From assembly GCA_043228905.1 (NCBI GenBank), contig JBHGNT010000031.1:248001-312000 (forward strand): a stretch of DNA of 64,000 nucleotides, read 5' to 3'. Under the pieces are notes generated by a model. That model was not told the origin of the DNA. It did not search any database and saw only the letters and a list, made by a program, of their open reading frames with translations. Source of the stretch: Azolla caroliniana (Eukaryota; Plantae; Polypodiophyta). The position numbers were made by a program, and so were the translations under genes. Every line of letters starts with the position of its first letter. Within the stretch, counting starts at the first letter, position 1. Of the stretch, positions 12,701 through 26,111 are shown piece after piece.

Positions 12701-15700
12701 ATAGTGGCTTCGGTAACCGCCCCGAAGACAAAACCCAACCTTAGATCGCTTCAACGGATATGGGTTGTGATGTGCGGACGATGGGGATATTATGTGCACG
12801 GACAAACGATTTATTGATAAAGCAAGTAGATGTTCCAGAGTCGAGCAAGGTATGAGAATATATTGAGGTTGAACCAAAACAAAGACTTACTTACAAAGAA
12901 AACCCTTCTAATGACGGAATGAACTTGTAGGAGCATGGAGAAGGTGAGTAACGAGAAGCGTCCAACGGCATGGCTCCTACTGCACTCGGACTTGGTCGTT
13001 TTCCTGTTGGTGTGGGAGACACGTAGGGCGTAGCGATTGATGCATTTCAGGAAGAAGCCTAAGACTCACGACTCTCCTGTTCTTCTTGACGAAGTTCGAA
13101 GAGACGATTGTCATATTGGACAGCTTGGGAGATTACTTGAGACAATGGTGTGGGCTCCATGAAATTTTAGAGAAGGGTCTTGACGTCGTTTTAGAGACCG
13201 CGATGGAAATGGTTGCATAGGGCTTGGTCATCCCAACTGACATTGCAGGCAATTTGATGGAACTTTGAGGCGTAGACCGATGCTAGATGTGAGCCTTGTT
13301 GGAAAGAATAAAGCTTTATGAGTGTCGTTCGTCGTCTGTCTGTCTTGCCAAATGTCACTTCGAACTCCTCAATGAAAGCGGTGAAGTTTTCTAAGAGAGG
13401 GGATAATGTCTCGATCAAGGGTGCAAACCACGCTTGCGCCATCCCAGAGAGAAGCATACTGACAAGCCCAACCCGAGAAAAGTCGCTAGCATACCGTTGG
13501 GGTTGTAACTGGATGATAAGCCCAATTTGGTTGATGAAGCCGCAAAGATATGCCCTCGTGCCGTTGAATTTGTTCAGTAGGTTGATGGTTGGTTCGAGTA
13601 CATATGGATGGGAAGAGGACGTGGTCGGGCTAAGTGCCAATGGTGGTTGTGACTCGGCAGGTGGTGGATTTCTTGAAGTGCTAGATTACAACTCTCGTAA
13701 AGATTCCCAATGGATTTCATTCCCTAGTTGAAGTTGTTGCAAGGCTGTCATGATTTGGTTTAGGTTGTCGACGGAGCCGGACCTGGTAGTAAGAAGAGGG
13801 AAGGTGAACAAAATGTCACTGACAAGTATAATAAAGCAAAGTGAAGACAAGACTAGAACACAAGAGAGAGGAAAAAGAATAAGAACTCAACTTATAGAAT
13901 TTGTAACTGTTGTTGTTCACCTTGTTGGCATAAAAGGCTGACTCCTTCCAAATTATATCCGTCCGAGTGTGAACTCGTTAATAAGTTAGGGCTTAGTATA
14001 TAAGCGAATACCTAACATTGTAATGAGAAGATGATGATGAGTAGAAGATAGTATCTTTGAGAAAGAACAAAGTAATAAGAAGCTTTCCATTAAAGCTCCA
14101 TCTGTGTAAGTCTTCACGCCTATTCTATTTTCCGTCTGTGTTGTTTGTTGTCAAGTACCAACTCTAGATCCATACACGTTTCCGCACATAACACTCATTC
14201 TCACAACTGGTATTAGAGCCGAATCTTTGTTGTTCGGCGACAACAAACAACAAAAGAAGATGAAAGAAAAGACCAGGTCAAAAATCTCAAGTTTACAAAC
14301 AAAATATGGCTTCAACATCCGGAACAAGAGTTGAAATCAGAAAATTTGACGGCAAAAACTTTGCCTTGTGGACGGAGATGATGCAGGATGTGTTGATCAT
14401 TCGAAGACAGGTCGAAGCCATTCGGCACAGCGAAAAACCTACTTCAATGACAACCGAGGAGTGGAGATCAACAAACAAAATCACACGCTCCACCATCCGA
14501 ATGCATCTAGCCGAAAACATCTATTTTCAGGAAGCTACAGGCCATCTATGAGAAGAAGTCCTCATCTTCAAAACTGATCTTGATCAAAAAATTGTTCAAC
14601 ATGAAGACGAAAGAGACTAATCCGGCAACCTCCCACATCAACACCTTCACTCGGGTGTTGTTAGAGCTCTCATCACAAGGGATCAACTTCGAAGAAGAAG
14701 TGAAAGCCCTTGCCCTCCTATCGAGCTTGCCGGCGAGTTGGGAGGTATTCTATACGACTTACGCCAATAGCCGACCGATCCTAAATATGGACGAAAGAAT
14801 CGACCAACTCCTCACAAAGGACATCAAGTGAAAATCGATGGGACTAACCATCGATGACTTGACAGAAGCCCATCACTCGACCAAGTCGTTCGACCGACAG
14901 AATTGAACAAAAGAACAAGCCGACAGAACCCGTTGACATTACAACCGATCGAAAACAAGGGGTGACCGACGGCAGTTGAAGTCGAGAACGGGCCAATCAA
15001 ATGAGTACTGCACACACTGCAGGGAAGTTGGCCACAATGTTTCCAACTGCTGGTCAATAAAAAGAAAAGAGAGTGGTCGGCGATTCGAGCGGAATCGGGG
15101 ACGTTCCGACTCGGACCACTCTCCAGTCGGCAGCCAGATCAATGTTGCCAACACCCGATCCAGAAAAATCCTCTCCCTAGAGGATTCGATGATCGGAGAA
15201 GTCCTCTATAGTGCACAAGTTGCACACACATGGCTACTAGACTATGGTGCCACATTTCACGTGACCCCCAACATTGAATGGTTCTCGAACTATTCAGCCG
15301 ACGCCAACGGCATAGCCCGACTGGGAAACGGGCAAGAGTGCAAGATAGCCAGAACCGGGGAGGTTCCCATCATATTGCCAAATGGCAACACAGTAACCCT
15401 ACACCGAGCTCGGCACGTACCCGATCTAAAGAGGAGTCTGGTCTCCATCGGCATGTGAGCCGAAGACGGGTATAAAACGACTCTACACGAGTCGACATGG
15501 GTGATCAGCCAAGGAAACCTCAAAATCGGTAGTGGGCAGAAGTATAATAATCTATACCCATTAATGATGATCAACCCTGAAGGGGCCGTAAACGTAGCCG
15601 AGAAAACCGGCCTGAACTTATGGCATGGCTGACTTGGCCACATGTCTCAAGCGGCACTTGATCGGCTGATGTCAGTTGGCTATATCCCGAAACTCCAGGC

Positions 15701-16976
15701 AAAGAGGGACTTTCGCGAGCATTCTCAATATGGGAAACAGACCCGAAGTCCGCACTCTCTCCACTACGAGACAGTACGACAACATATGTGGGCCCATGCC
15801 AGAGCGATCACTAGGAGGCTCCCGGTACTTCCTCACATTCGTAGATGACTATACACGGAAAGTTTGGGCATACTCCATCAAGTCCAAAGATGAAGCACTC
15901 GAGGTCTTCACTCGATGGATATCTGAAGTGGAGAACCGGTCGGGACACAGAGTGAAGATACTCTGATTCGACAACGGAGGTGAGTACACCTCCAAAGCCT
16001 TAAAATAGTACCTATCCGAAAAAGGGATCCGGCATCAAAAGACCGTTCCTTACCCACCCATGCAGAATGGGGTGGCTGAACGGATCAACCAAATGATCCA
16101 AGAGAGGGTGCGGCAATGCTCCAACAAGCCAGATTGAAGCTGGAATTATAGGCCGAGGCATTGCAGACGGCAGTGTACCTGATAAATTTGGCTCCGTCAA
16201 GAGCAATCAGGCTCGAAGTGCCACGGGCACTATGGTCAGGCAAACAACCGACCTACAATAGGCTCCCTATATTCGGATGCGAATCCTACGCGTTCATCCC
16301 TAGGGACAAAAGGACGAAGTTGGCACCCCATGCAACAAAGTGCATATTTCTCGGTTATGGAACCGATGGGGACTTTGGCTACTGGCTATGGGACCCTGAG
16401 AACCGGAAATTGATCTAGAGCAACAACGTAGTCTTCAATGAAGACTCTATCTTCTCTCAACGGAACCAACAGAAAACAGTAGGTAAGAAGTTATCCTTCA
16501 AAGATGACAGCACTGTCGTAGAAGGACCGACCCAACGGGCCGAATTGGAGACTCGACAAACAGTCGAACTCCAACAAACTACCAACTTCCTTGCCGACAC
16601 CATATTGGCAACAACCAGAAACCTAACAAGACTCCTGACACCACTGGTTCAACAAATACCGATCGAAGAATCCGAACCAAATATTACGGCACCCAAGAGA
16701 TTTAGACGAGCTCAAAGGCAAACAGAGTTCTATGAACCGGGCCTCGACTATGTCCACTACATGGATACAGGCGAACCACGCACGTATGACAAAGCTATGG
16801 CCACACCGGACGTCGAAACATGGCTGCAGGACATGAAATCCAAAATGGACTCAATTCATAAGAATCAGACATGGAAGTTGGTCGAACTACCAGCAAGAAG
16901 AAAGCCGCTACCTTGCAAATGGGTGTTCCGATACAAGTACGTATCCGACTCAGAGAAACCCAAGTACAAAGCTCAG

Positions 16977-17093
16977 TGTCGAGGAAATCCTCGCATGTTC
17001 GCGAAATGAAGCGGGACCACCGGGGTCCTGGACCGGAAGGATTCGATGTTTTTAGCAACGTAAGCGAGAAAGTATTGAAGATAGATAGATGGA

Positions 17094-17128
<35 letters not shown>

Positions 17129-17720
17129 AGATAAAGATTGAACCCTTGACTTTAGTTTTACGAGACAAGATACATCACCATTAGGATAACTCTGATCTTT
17201 GATTAAAAGTTTTTTTTTTTTTACTTACATCACTTGCCTCCCTTACGCAAGCCCAACTATAGGCTTTTATAGGTCTCTCCATGCAAAAACCATGGGCTAA
17301 AACCACGAGCTAAAACCATGGTTTTGTGCCCACGGTTTCTATATGTTTGCTTCCTACAAAATACTAAATATGAAAAGAAAATATACAAATTCTAAAGCAC
17401 TCAGTAGTGGCTTTAGTTGTAGGTTAATTTGTCTCCTTCATTGGAGGTGCAAGGTTCAAGCCTTGCTTCCACCCCTATGTATGCATTTCAATGTTACTAG
17501 GCTTTAGTCTTATTGTTTATATTTACAATTGAGCGCACATCACACATGCACATGTTTAACTTGACATCTAGCTTTTCTTTTACGATTCTCATTTCAGTAC
17601 TATTTACAACATGCTAGCATATGCGTGTGGCCTTCACCCCTTTCTCACGTGCACATTGCACCTTCTTGATTTCGTTTGTTGCACACAATTTTCACACCAT
17701 TGCCGAAAATCTTCACGACA
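16977..17720 (-). mobile_element. Solo LTR (TGTCG..CGACA) inserted in Copia-B RT
   Basis: Interrupts the KARLVAKG motif. 4-bp TSD TCAG/TCGG with one mismatch. Orientation inferred from the TATA-like motif and (CT)n tract. Confidence 0.85.
17401..17472 (+). other. tRNA-like A-box/B-box cassette within the solo LTR
   Basis: TGGCTTTAGTTG A-box-like motif, CTCC-TTCATT-GGAG hairpin, GCAAGG-TTCAAG-CCTTGC T-arm-like hairpin. Confidence 0.5.
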
Positions 17721-19729
17721 TCGGCTTGTCGCAAAGGATTGAAACAGCAATACGGGGTCGACTACGATGAGATATTCTCACCAGTAGTCAAGATGACCAC
17801 CCTCCGACTCCTACTAGGACTTGTGGCGACAAAAGATCTAGAGCTCGAGCAGATGGACATAAAGACGGCATTTCTACACGGAGATCTAGAAGAAGATATA
17901 CATGTCTCAACCGGCAGGCTTCACGGCGATGGGGGTGGACAATCACCTCGTATGTCGACTAAAGAAAAGTCTATATGGTCTAAAACAAGCGTCAAGAATG
18001 TGGTACCAGAAGTTTAACTTCTACATACACGACAGCTTGGATGCAACAGATCAGACTCCGACCCATGCATGTATGTTCAACAACTAGCCGACGAGTCTAG
18101 GATCTATCTGATCCTATACGTCGACGACATGTTGATTGCAGGGAGCAATCAAGTAGAGATCGGTAAGCTGAAGCAGAGCCTTCATGCAAAGTTCGCGATG
18201 AAGGAACTCGGACAAGCCCGACACATACCGGGCATGAGGATAGAGTGAAATTGGACGACCAAAACTCTCTGACTCTCCCAGTCCGAATACATCTGCAAGG
18301 TGTTGTAGCGCTTCAACATGGAGAACGTGAAGCCAACACGAACACCGCTTCGGACATCGATCAGACTATCGGATAGAGACTCTCTTGCAACAGACAAGGA
18401 GAGAGAGCTTAATGGAAAGATACCCTATGCATCGGCAGTAGGAAGTATCATGTACGCAATGGTGGCGACCTGACCCGACCTAGCCTATGCCGTAGGGGTG
18501 GTCAGCAGGTACATGTCAAACCTAGGAAAGAAGTATTGGGAGGCCGTCAAGCACATCCTTAGGTATCTAAAAGGAACCACGGATGCACAGCTGACTTTCG
18601 GACTGACAACCTCAGCCGAAATCGAAGGCTACACCGAATCCGACTATGCTGGAAATACAGATAATCAGAAATCGACATCAGGCTACATCTTCACCTATGG
18701 TGGTGGTGCGATATCATGGAGTTCAAAACTTCAATAGTGCACGGCTTTGTCTACCACAGAAGCTGAATATATAGCAGCATCGGAAGCGATCTGGCTACAC
18801 CGACTGACTGCCGACTTCAAAACTGCAAACCGAATAGACCGATCAGCGCCAACTATCTATTGTGACTCACAAAGCGCAATACACCTCATCAACAACCCTG
18901 TCTACCATGTGAAGACGAAGCACATTGAGGTGCAGTATCATCATATCCGGGAGCTTGTGACCGAGAAGAAACTCGAAGTCTGGAAGATCGACACCGAGGT
19001 GAACATCGTTGATTGCCTGACGAAGCCACACCGAGATCAACGCTTTGGAATGCTAAGGACGAAGATGGGGCTACAACAAGGGACCGAGTAGAAGAAAGCT
19101 GAACGAGGAGCAGAAGGAAAGAGTTAACCGACACTCATACTATACCTCTGCCGACTCGGCTAATTGCCAACAGACTTGTAACCTAAGATCTAGTTAAATT
19201 TGTAATCTAGGTTTATGGGGGGATATAACCCCAAGCACATGTACATGCAAGAAAGAGTAGTCCTTTTATGGGGGAGTTTGTTGGCATAAAAGGCCGACTC
19301 CTTCCAAATTGTATCCATCCAAGTGTGAACTCGTTAATAAGTTAGGGCTTAGTATATAAGCAAATACCTAACATTGTAATGAGAAGATGATGATGAGTAG
19401 AAGATAGTATCTCGCAAAAAGTACGAAGTAATAAGAAGCTTTCCATTAAAGCTCCATCTGTGTAAGTCTTCACGCCTATTCTATTTTTTGTATGTGTTGT
19501 TTGTTGTCCAGTACCGACTACAGATCCATACACGTTTACGCACATAGCACTCATTCTCACACACCTTGATTAGAATCAAGGTGCAACTGAGTATTTATAC
19601 AAGAAGGTAGGGCTATGTAAGCCAGTTAGAAATAGAGTATGCATGAGGATGCATGCAATAGAGAATGCATGAGAATGTGTGCAAGCTAGAAACTTCCAAT
19701 GTTCAATCTACACTACATGAAGTTTGATT

Positions 19730-19800
19730 TAATATAAGCTCAATTGGTAGGCTTGCTTAATAGAGACCATGAGGTCTTCGGTTCAATCCCTACCTTCCTC
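19730..19800 (+). other. tRNA-derived (SINE-head-like) relic
   Basis: AGCTCAATTGGTAG A-box and GAGGTCTTCGGTTCAATCCC B-box at tRNA-like spacing. Confidence 0.55.
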
Positions 19801-22800
19801 CGTGGCATATGTCTTCACGATTAATGACTTCATCTTATTAAAGGTTTCTTCAAGAGAGGCATTCCACTGAATAGCTTTAGTGGACTTTCTTGTAATATCC
19901 TTCAATAGGTCTGTAAATGGTGCAATGTAGGATGAATAGTTTTGAAGATATCTTCTTAGGAATCCAACAAATCCTAGGAGAGATCGTACATTCTTAACAT
20001 TTGAAGGTCGTGGCCAATTTAATACTGCTTCTATCTTAGATTTATCGATAGAAACACACGACCTAGATATGTGGTGTCCAAGATACGTAACTTCTTTTTG
20101 AAACAAATCACATTTAGATAGTTTAGCAAATAGTTTATATTCACGAAGCTTACCCAAAACTATTCGGACATGACACACATGATCCTCAAATGTGTGACTA
20201 TATAGCATGATGTCATCAAGGAACACGACCACGAAATAGCCTAGCTAATCTCGGAATATATCATTCATCAATTGCTGGAATGTGGCTGGAGCATCAGTCA
20301 ACCCAAATGGTAGAACCTGAAACTCATCATGACCATAACAAGTTCGGAAAGCTGTTTTGGAAACATCTTCTTCCGAAACCCTTATTTGATGATAGCTAGT
20401 GCGCAAGTCTATCTTAGTAAAATATCTTGCACTTTGGATTCTATCTATCAAGTCATCAGAACGAGGCAAAGGGTAGGAATTGCGAATGGTGAGTTTATTC
20501 AAACCCTTGTAATTTACACACATTCGCCAAGTTCCATCCTTCTTCTTGGTCAAGATGACGGGAGCTCCCCATGACGATTTGTTGTACTGGATGTGTCCCA
20601 TCCTCAAGTACTCCTTGATTTGTCTGTCAATTTCATCCTCTTCGGTTCGACTCAACCGATAGGGGGTATGGTCACAGGTTTAGCGCCTGGAACCAAGTTT
20701 ATCTTATGATCTATAGACCGAGAAGGAGGTAATCCTTGAGGTAACTTATCTAGGAATAAGTCCTTAAAATGCGACAAGATGTCACGTAGAGCATCTTTCT
20801 CAAAATCATCCAATGAACTCTTACCTACAAATTGATACAGAGGATCATTGGGTTGTAATATACACACATAAAATTGTGCATCGAAATTTCGATCATAAGT
20901 ATAAAGATGATTAACAAACATTAAATTGTTTATCGCAGTCCCATGAATAAAAACTTGCTGGTTGTTATTTCCTTCAAAAGAAATAGTATGATTCGACCAA
21001 TCGATATCAAGACTATGTCTATTATAAAACCATATGTAACCAAGGACTACATCTATCGTTCGTAAACGCATTACATGAAAAGTCAACTTTTCAGTACATA
21101 GTTATTTATTACTAGGGGTACACCATGTGCAATTAATGAATGTCTTTGGACATGGCCTCCCGCAGTAAGGACTTTGTAGTCATGGTCACTTTTGGTTGTT
21201 TTTATTCGTAACATTTGCACCATATTAGAGTCAAGAAAATTATGACTGCTACCACAATCAAATAGTATAGGTACACTTTAATTGTGGATAGTCCCATAAG
21301 TTTTAAGTAAATCGTGTGGTCCAAGAATATTTTTTTGTAATACATTAGAACTAACGAAACTCAAATAATTCAAGAACATACTTGGATTATTAGAAGTTGA
21401 TGGCTTACTTTGTGGATTGTTGGAGTTATCGCTCTCCTTTCTCCGCCTACACTTGACATTGGCTTTATGCCCAGGCTTCTTACAAAAGTTGCAGATTATT
21501 ACCCGCCTTTTAGCATTGTGGCCTTGACCTATCGGAGAAGGTTGGTATCTACGTTTACCGATTTCTCCTTCCGACTCTTTTGGTTGGTAACAAGCTTTTG
21601 TGTCAAATAGAATGTGGGCACGTTCCATCGCTTCTCCCAAAGTCTTGGGTTGATGAACGTGGATCTCATAATGAAAATCTTTATTATGGAAACTATTAAT
21701 ATACAATCCTATTAGTATTTCCTCATTAGAAGCAAATAATAGCCCATGCTTTGTGATCAAGTCGTGGAAATACTGATTGAATTGGTCAATAGTTCTACCC
21801 TTATCTGACAAGTGACACATATCTTGTATCACTTTGGAAGACGTCTTGGGACAAACAAATTCCATCCTAAGAGTCTTTTCAAATGCCTCCCACATTCCTA
21901 GTTTTCTATCCAACCACTCCCACCAAGGGTTTGCAGCACCGATCATCTCACGAAGCGCCATATCGATCTTTTCAGAATCATTCTGAATATTCTCGAGGCA
22001 AGAGTGAGCATTCCATCAATTTATCCAACTGCTCACAAACTTGTGGTTGTGTTGCTTATCCCTTCCCGAGAACTGTTGAGGAGTAAATGAAGGCTTCTTC
22101 GTATTGCTTGATGTGGAAGTGTGTGCCTTTAACTCCAAAATTTGTTGTTGTAGGTTTTCAAACTGATGCCTATTGGCATCGAGAAGCCCTTCAAGTTTGG
22201 AGGAGAACGTCATTGTGACCCAATCATTGACTTGACAATATCGTCTTGCGTTTTGCGGAAATCAGCCCTCGTGACAAATTCGATATAATTGTTAATTTCC
22301 TCATCACGGACCGGAGATATGGTTGGTCATCCTCATCTCACATAGGAGAAATTAGATGACCTTGATGGGCGGGAGATGCGGGATGTGTCGAAAAACTATG
22401 ATGGTTGGGAGATGTGTGATGTGCGGAATTGCGAGAGGAAGTAGCCATGAAAAATAAGGAGAGTTGAGAGAGTAAAGAAAGAAGTATACTAAAGTCTAAA
22501 GTACTAAAGTGTGTTATAAAAGACTTTAGAATTTGGATGAGGAAGTGGAGAACAATAGATCATGAGAGAGTGGGAATACATTTTAACCAACTTTCTTAAG
22601 TCAGTGAGTAATAAAGATCCCCCTAGATATGTCCAATTTAGGCATTTATCCCCTTTTCATATATAGGAATTCCTAGATTAGAAATTAGGAGTAATACCTT
22701 CCATTTTAGGAAATTGGTGATGAGAAGTCGGTGACCACCTCTCTAAAGTTAATCTCTTGAATGCCTCCAAACTAGGAAATTCTCCCTTTTTAGTTATGAG

Positions 22801-23955
22801 AATTCTTAGTTTAGATTTTAGGGATAAACATCCCCATTTGGGAAGTCGGTGGGGATAGCAAGTGACTTCCTTGAGAATCATTCTACTAACCAAGTAATGG
22901 TGATGATCATCACAATAATGATGATCTCTTCACTCATCATCCCAATATTCCTCCCATCCATCTCATACTCATGATCCCCTCTCAAACACTAATTTTTTTC
23001 TTATCTCTCTCCTTCGTATCGATTAATAAATGATGATGATCTTATCCATATAATCATATAATCATCCGTATAATTTACTATATAATCATCCATCTAATTA
23101 AGATGGATGATTGTGGCCCTTTGATGTTCAATTGATTATTGACATTCAACGATCATCGCCCTAATTCTATTGGCCAACTTTATTAACATTGATTGTCAAC
23201 GATCATTCTCCTATTATATCATGTTCATCAATTAATCCATGTCAATTTGAAAACTAGATGATCAAGCATCACCTATAGTATATTAGGTGGCCGACCTCTA
23301 GGGATGCGATCTCCACACATAAGGCCACCTCAATGACATGGTCATCGTGATCCAAGAGGGGTGTACGAAATTAATTTATGTCAAACCCTCAATATTTTTA
23401 GTATACATAACCCATACAATACACCGCACATCAACACATCACCGCAAACGGACTCTCTATGGTATTTTCAACACTCCCCCAATCTATTGTCTAACATATG
23501 TACATTCATCCATAAAAACAAATATCATATTTTCCCGTACTATAGCACACAACACGAATCCAATCAAACATTATTTTTTTAGGATTAAAACCACTCTGAT
23601 ACCATATGTAATAACCAAGATGATTAATCCTAAAATAAAGACATAAGTGACACAATCATACTGAAAATACGCGTTACCACCGATCCGCCCCCACGCCAAA
23701 GTCGATAGCACAAATGAGGAATCCCAATCTGTCCCATACCAGCCAAGATCTCCACGTTAGGACCTTGGTAGATGACTAGTCCACATCAAAGAGAGCTTCG
23801 TCAAAACCACTCACGGGGCCCCCACTGATTAAGGAGAGTATCCCCTATTTATAGGACCTAGGCCATGTAATGACATCTACCTGACCAATCATGTGTGGGG
23901 TACCCAATGACACACATTAGGTCAGTCCAATAAAGCCGACGATTCAGATATTACA
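19783..23955 (-). mobile_element. Decayed, 3'-truncated Ty3/gypsy (chromovirus-like), related to the 40400-45168 element
   Basis: 5' LTR 23607-23955 (TGTAATA..TATTACA), PBS TGGTATCAGAG ending at 23604, long leader, gag with CNFCKKPGH, protease [33 protein letters not shown]. Ends before RNase H. Confidence 0.9.
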
Positions 23956-23989
23956 GTATGATAGCCCCCAAATAAGCACGTCTAAACCA

Positions 23990-24705
23990 ATGAACATTAT
24001 AGAAATGAGGGGAAGGGAACTTGCGGAAGCAATGGCAGTTGTTATCAACCGCTTAGTAAACGCGCGGGTGAGCGCGAGTGGCCTCGAAAGGGCCATAGAA
24101 ACGATTGTCAGAAGGATAGGACGATTTAATGGAAATGACGTGACCAACTACTTAGAGGCCTACATGGCCGAAATGATAATGAGGGACATCCCGGAGGATA
24201 GACAGCTATCTAGATTCCCACGGGTCGTAACGTTGAGCATCCACGCAGAGTTGCTCGGGGTCCAAGCCGACTGTCGGAATTGGTCGGAGTTCAAGGGATG
24301 GCTCTTCGAAAGGTATGGAAAGGGAGTTCATGGAGTCGGTCGAGAGCCCGGAAAAGGGAGGAATACATCGGTGCTCTTCCAAGAGTTTGAAAAACGATTC
24401 ACGCGACTCTCCATGTTTGACCAGACCGTGCTCAATACGAGCAAGGTCCTATTGTTTATTACATTCATCAATGCACTTGATCGGGAGAAGGTAGGTCTCC
24501 TGTTAGAGACAGATGAAGGACTCACGGGCGAATGGGTTGTGGACAAATGGCACGACTGGAACGACACGAGGTCGTCGATGGCTGGCCCGGCTGCTAGAAA
24601 GAGGTCGGAGGAGATTCTGATTCGGTCAAAAGAGACGAGAAGGTGGCTTGAGTCGGGCGCAATTCCGCCAACGTTGTCGAGGGACCGCTTGGGGCACGGC
24701 TCTGG
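23990..24705 (+). pseudogene. Gag-like relic, N-terminal half, split by Copia-C
   Basis: IGRFNGNDVTNYLEAYMAEM..EFEKRFTRLS..KVLLF resembles the gag-like frame at 27940-28330. The sequence continues after TSD TCTGG at 39419. Confidence 0.7.
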
Positions 24706-25457
24706 TGTTGGCATAAAAGGCCGACTCCTTCCAAGTTGTATCCATTCGAGTGTGATCTCGTCAATAAGTTAGGGCTTCGTATATAAGTGAATACCTAACA
24801 TTGTATAGAGTGATGAGTGAAAGAGAGATTAAGACTTTGTATATTGTATCTCTGAGAGACAGTGTGAGAACGAAGCAATAAAGATTTACATTAGAGGTTG
24901 TATTGTGTAAGTCTACGCCTATTCTATTTTTCTGTCTGCATTGTTTGCTATTCATAACCGACAACAGATCCATACACGTTTCCGCAAATCGCACTTGTTC
25001 CCAACAACTGCTATCAGAGCGAATCTTTGTTGTTCGGCAGCAACAGACAACAGAAGAAGCTAAAAGAAATAACCAGGTTAGAAATCTTAAGTTCACAAAA
25101 AGAATATGGCCTCAACATCCGGAACAAGAGTTGAAATCAAAAAATTCGACGGCAAAAACTTTGCCTTGTGGAAGGAGATGATGTAAGAAGTGTTGATCAT
25201 TTGAAGACAAGTCAAAGCCATTCGGCACAGCGAAAAACCTACTTCAATGACAGCTGAGGAGTGGAAATCAATGGACGAAATCGCACCCACCACCATCTGA
25301 ATACATCTCGCCGAAAACACGAAAGAGACGATAGTGTTCTCATTGTGGGAGAACTACATAACGTTTATGAAAAGAAGTCCTCATCTTCGAAATTGATTTT
25401 GATCAAACAACTGTTCAACATGAAAATGAGAGAGACCGATCCGGCAACCTTCCACAT

Positions 25458-26111
25458 TGTTGGAAGACAGGTCCCTCCGGATGGGAAGGGAGAAGAACAG
25501 TGCCGACGATCAAACTCGGCCGAGGTCGATAGGCCGAGGCCGAAACGGAGAGTCGGATGGTGTAGGCCCGGTATGAACCGGATGAGGAGTACCCGACTGC
25601 GGAGAGTCGGATGGTGTAGGCCCGGTATGAACCGGATGGGAAGTACCCGACTGCGGAGAGTCGGATGGTGTAGGCCCGGTATGAACCGGATGGGAAGTAC
25701 CCGACTGCGGAGAGCCGGATGGAGCCCATCGTGGCTACATTTGTAAATAGCCGAAAAGTCATATTAGTATAAATATGACTTAGGGCAAACTGTTTTTGTA
25801 GTTGTCGTTTTGTTGTTGTTATTTTCTTTCTTGTTGGTGCAAGAAGAAATTAGAGCGCGTAACTGTACAGAGAGAGAGAGAGAGACGAGGTCGTTGCCTC
25901 ATTGATCTCACTGGTGTATATTTCTGCATAGTGACAGTTTGCAGCTTGTGGGCTGCCGTGGTTTTTCCCCCTACTTTGGGGTTTTCCACGTATACCTCCT
26001 GTGTACCTTTTCTCCTCTTTTGTGTCGCGTTTCATTACCTGTTTTTCTGTGTATGTAAAGAATCTCAGTTGTGGCCGAGCGTTGGACATAAGGAACGTCA
26101 AGTTCTCAACA
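25458..26111 (+). mobile_element. Solo LTR related to the Copia-A LTR, inserted in Copia-C gag
   Basis: TGTTG..CAACA, TSD CACAT (25453-25457, 26112-26116). Shares GGTCCCTCCGGATGGGA and TATAAATATGACTTAGGGCAAAC. Three 54-bp tandem units. Confidence 0.95.

Larger units (their letters stand above)
14306..19091 (+). pseudogene. gag-pol: Copia-B gag-pol pseudogene
   Basis: [56 protein letters not shown] and IYCDSQSAI fragments in different frames. Confidence 0.92.
13923..19561 (+). mobile_element. Decayed full-length Ty1/copia (Copia-B)
   Basis: 283-bp LTRs 13923-14205 and 19279-19561, TSD CACCT (13918-13922, 19562-19566), PBS TGGTATTAGAGCC 14208-14220, PPT GGGGGAG. Gag-pol is broken by many stops and frameshifts. 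Confidence 0.96.
10640..19717 (-). mobile_element. Decayed, 3'-truncated Ty3/gypsy element of Tf1/sushi/Tcn1 type; its 5' LTR is split by Copia-B
   Basis: PEG10/RTL1-like gag (13191-13640), protease (~12430-12880), RT ([31 protein letters not shown]), RNase H (DASNFAIGAVL) and integrase Zn-finger start at ~10680-10800. LTR halves 13814-13922 and 19567-~19717; the outer end is inferred from TGTAG. Confidence 0.88.
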
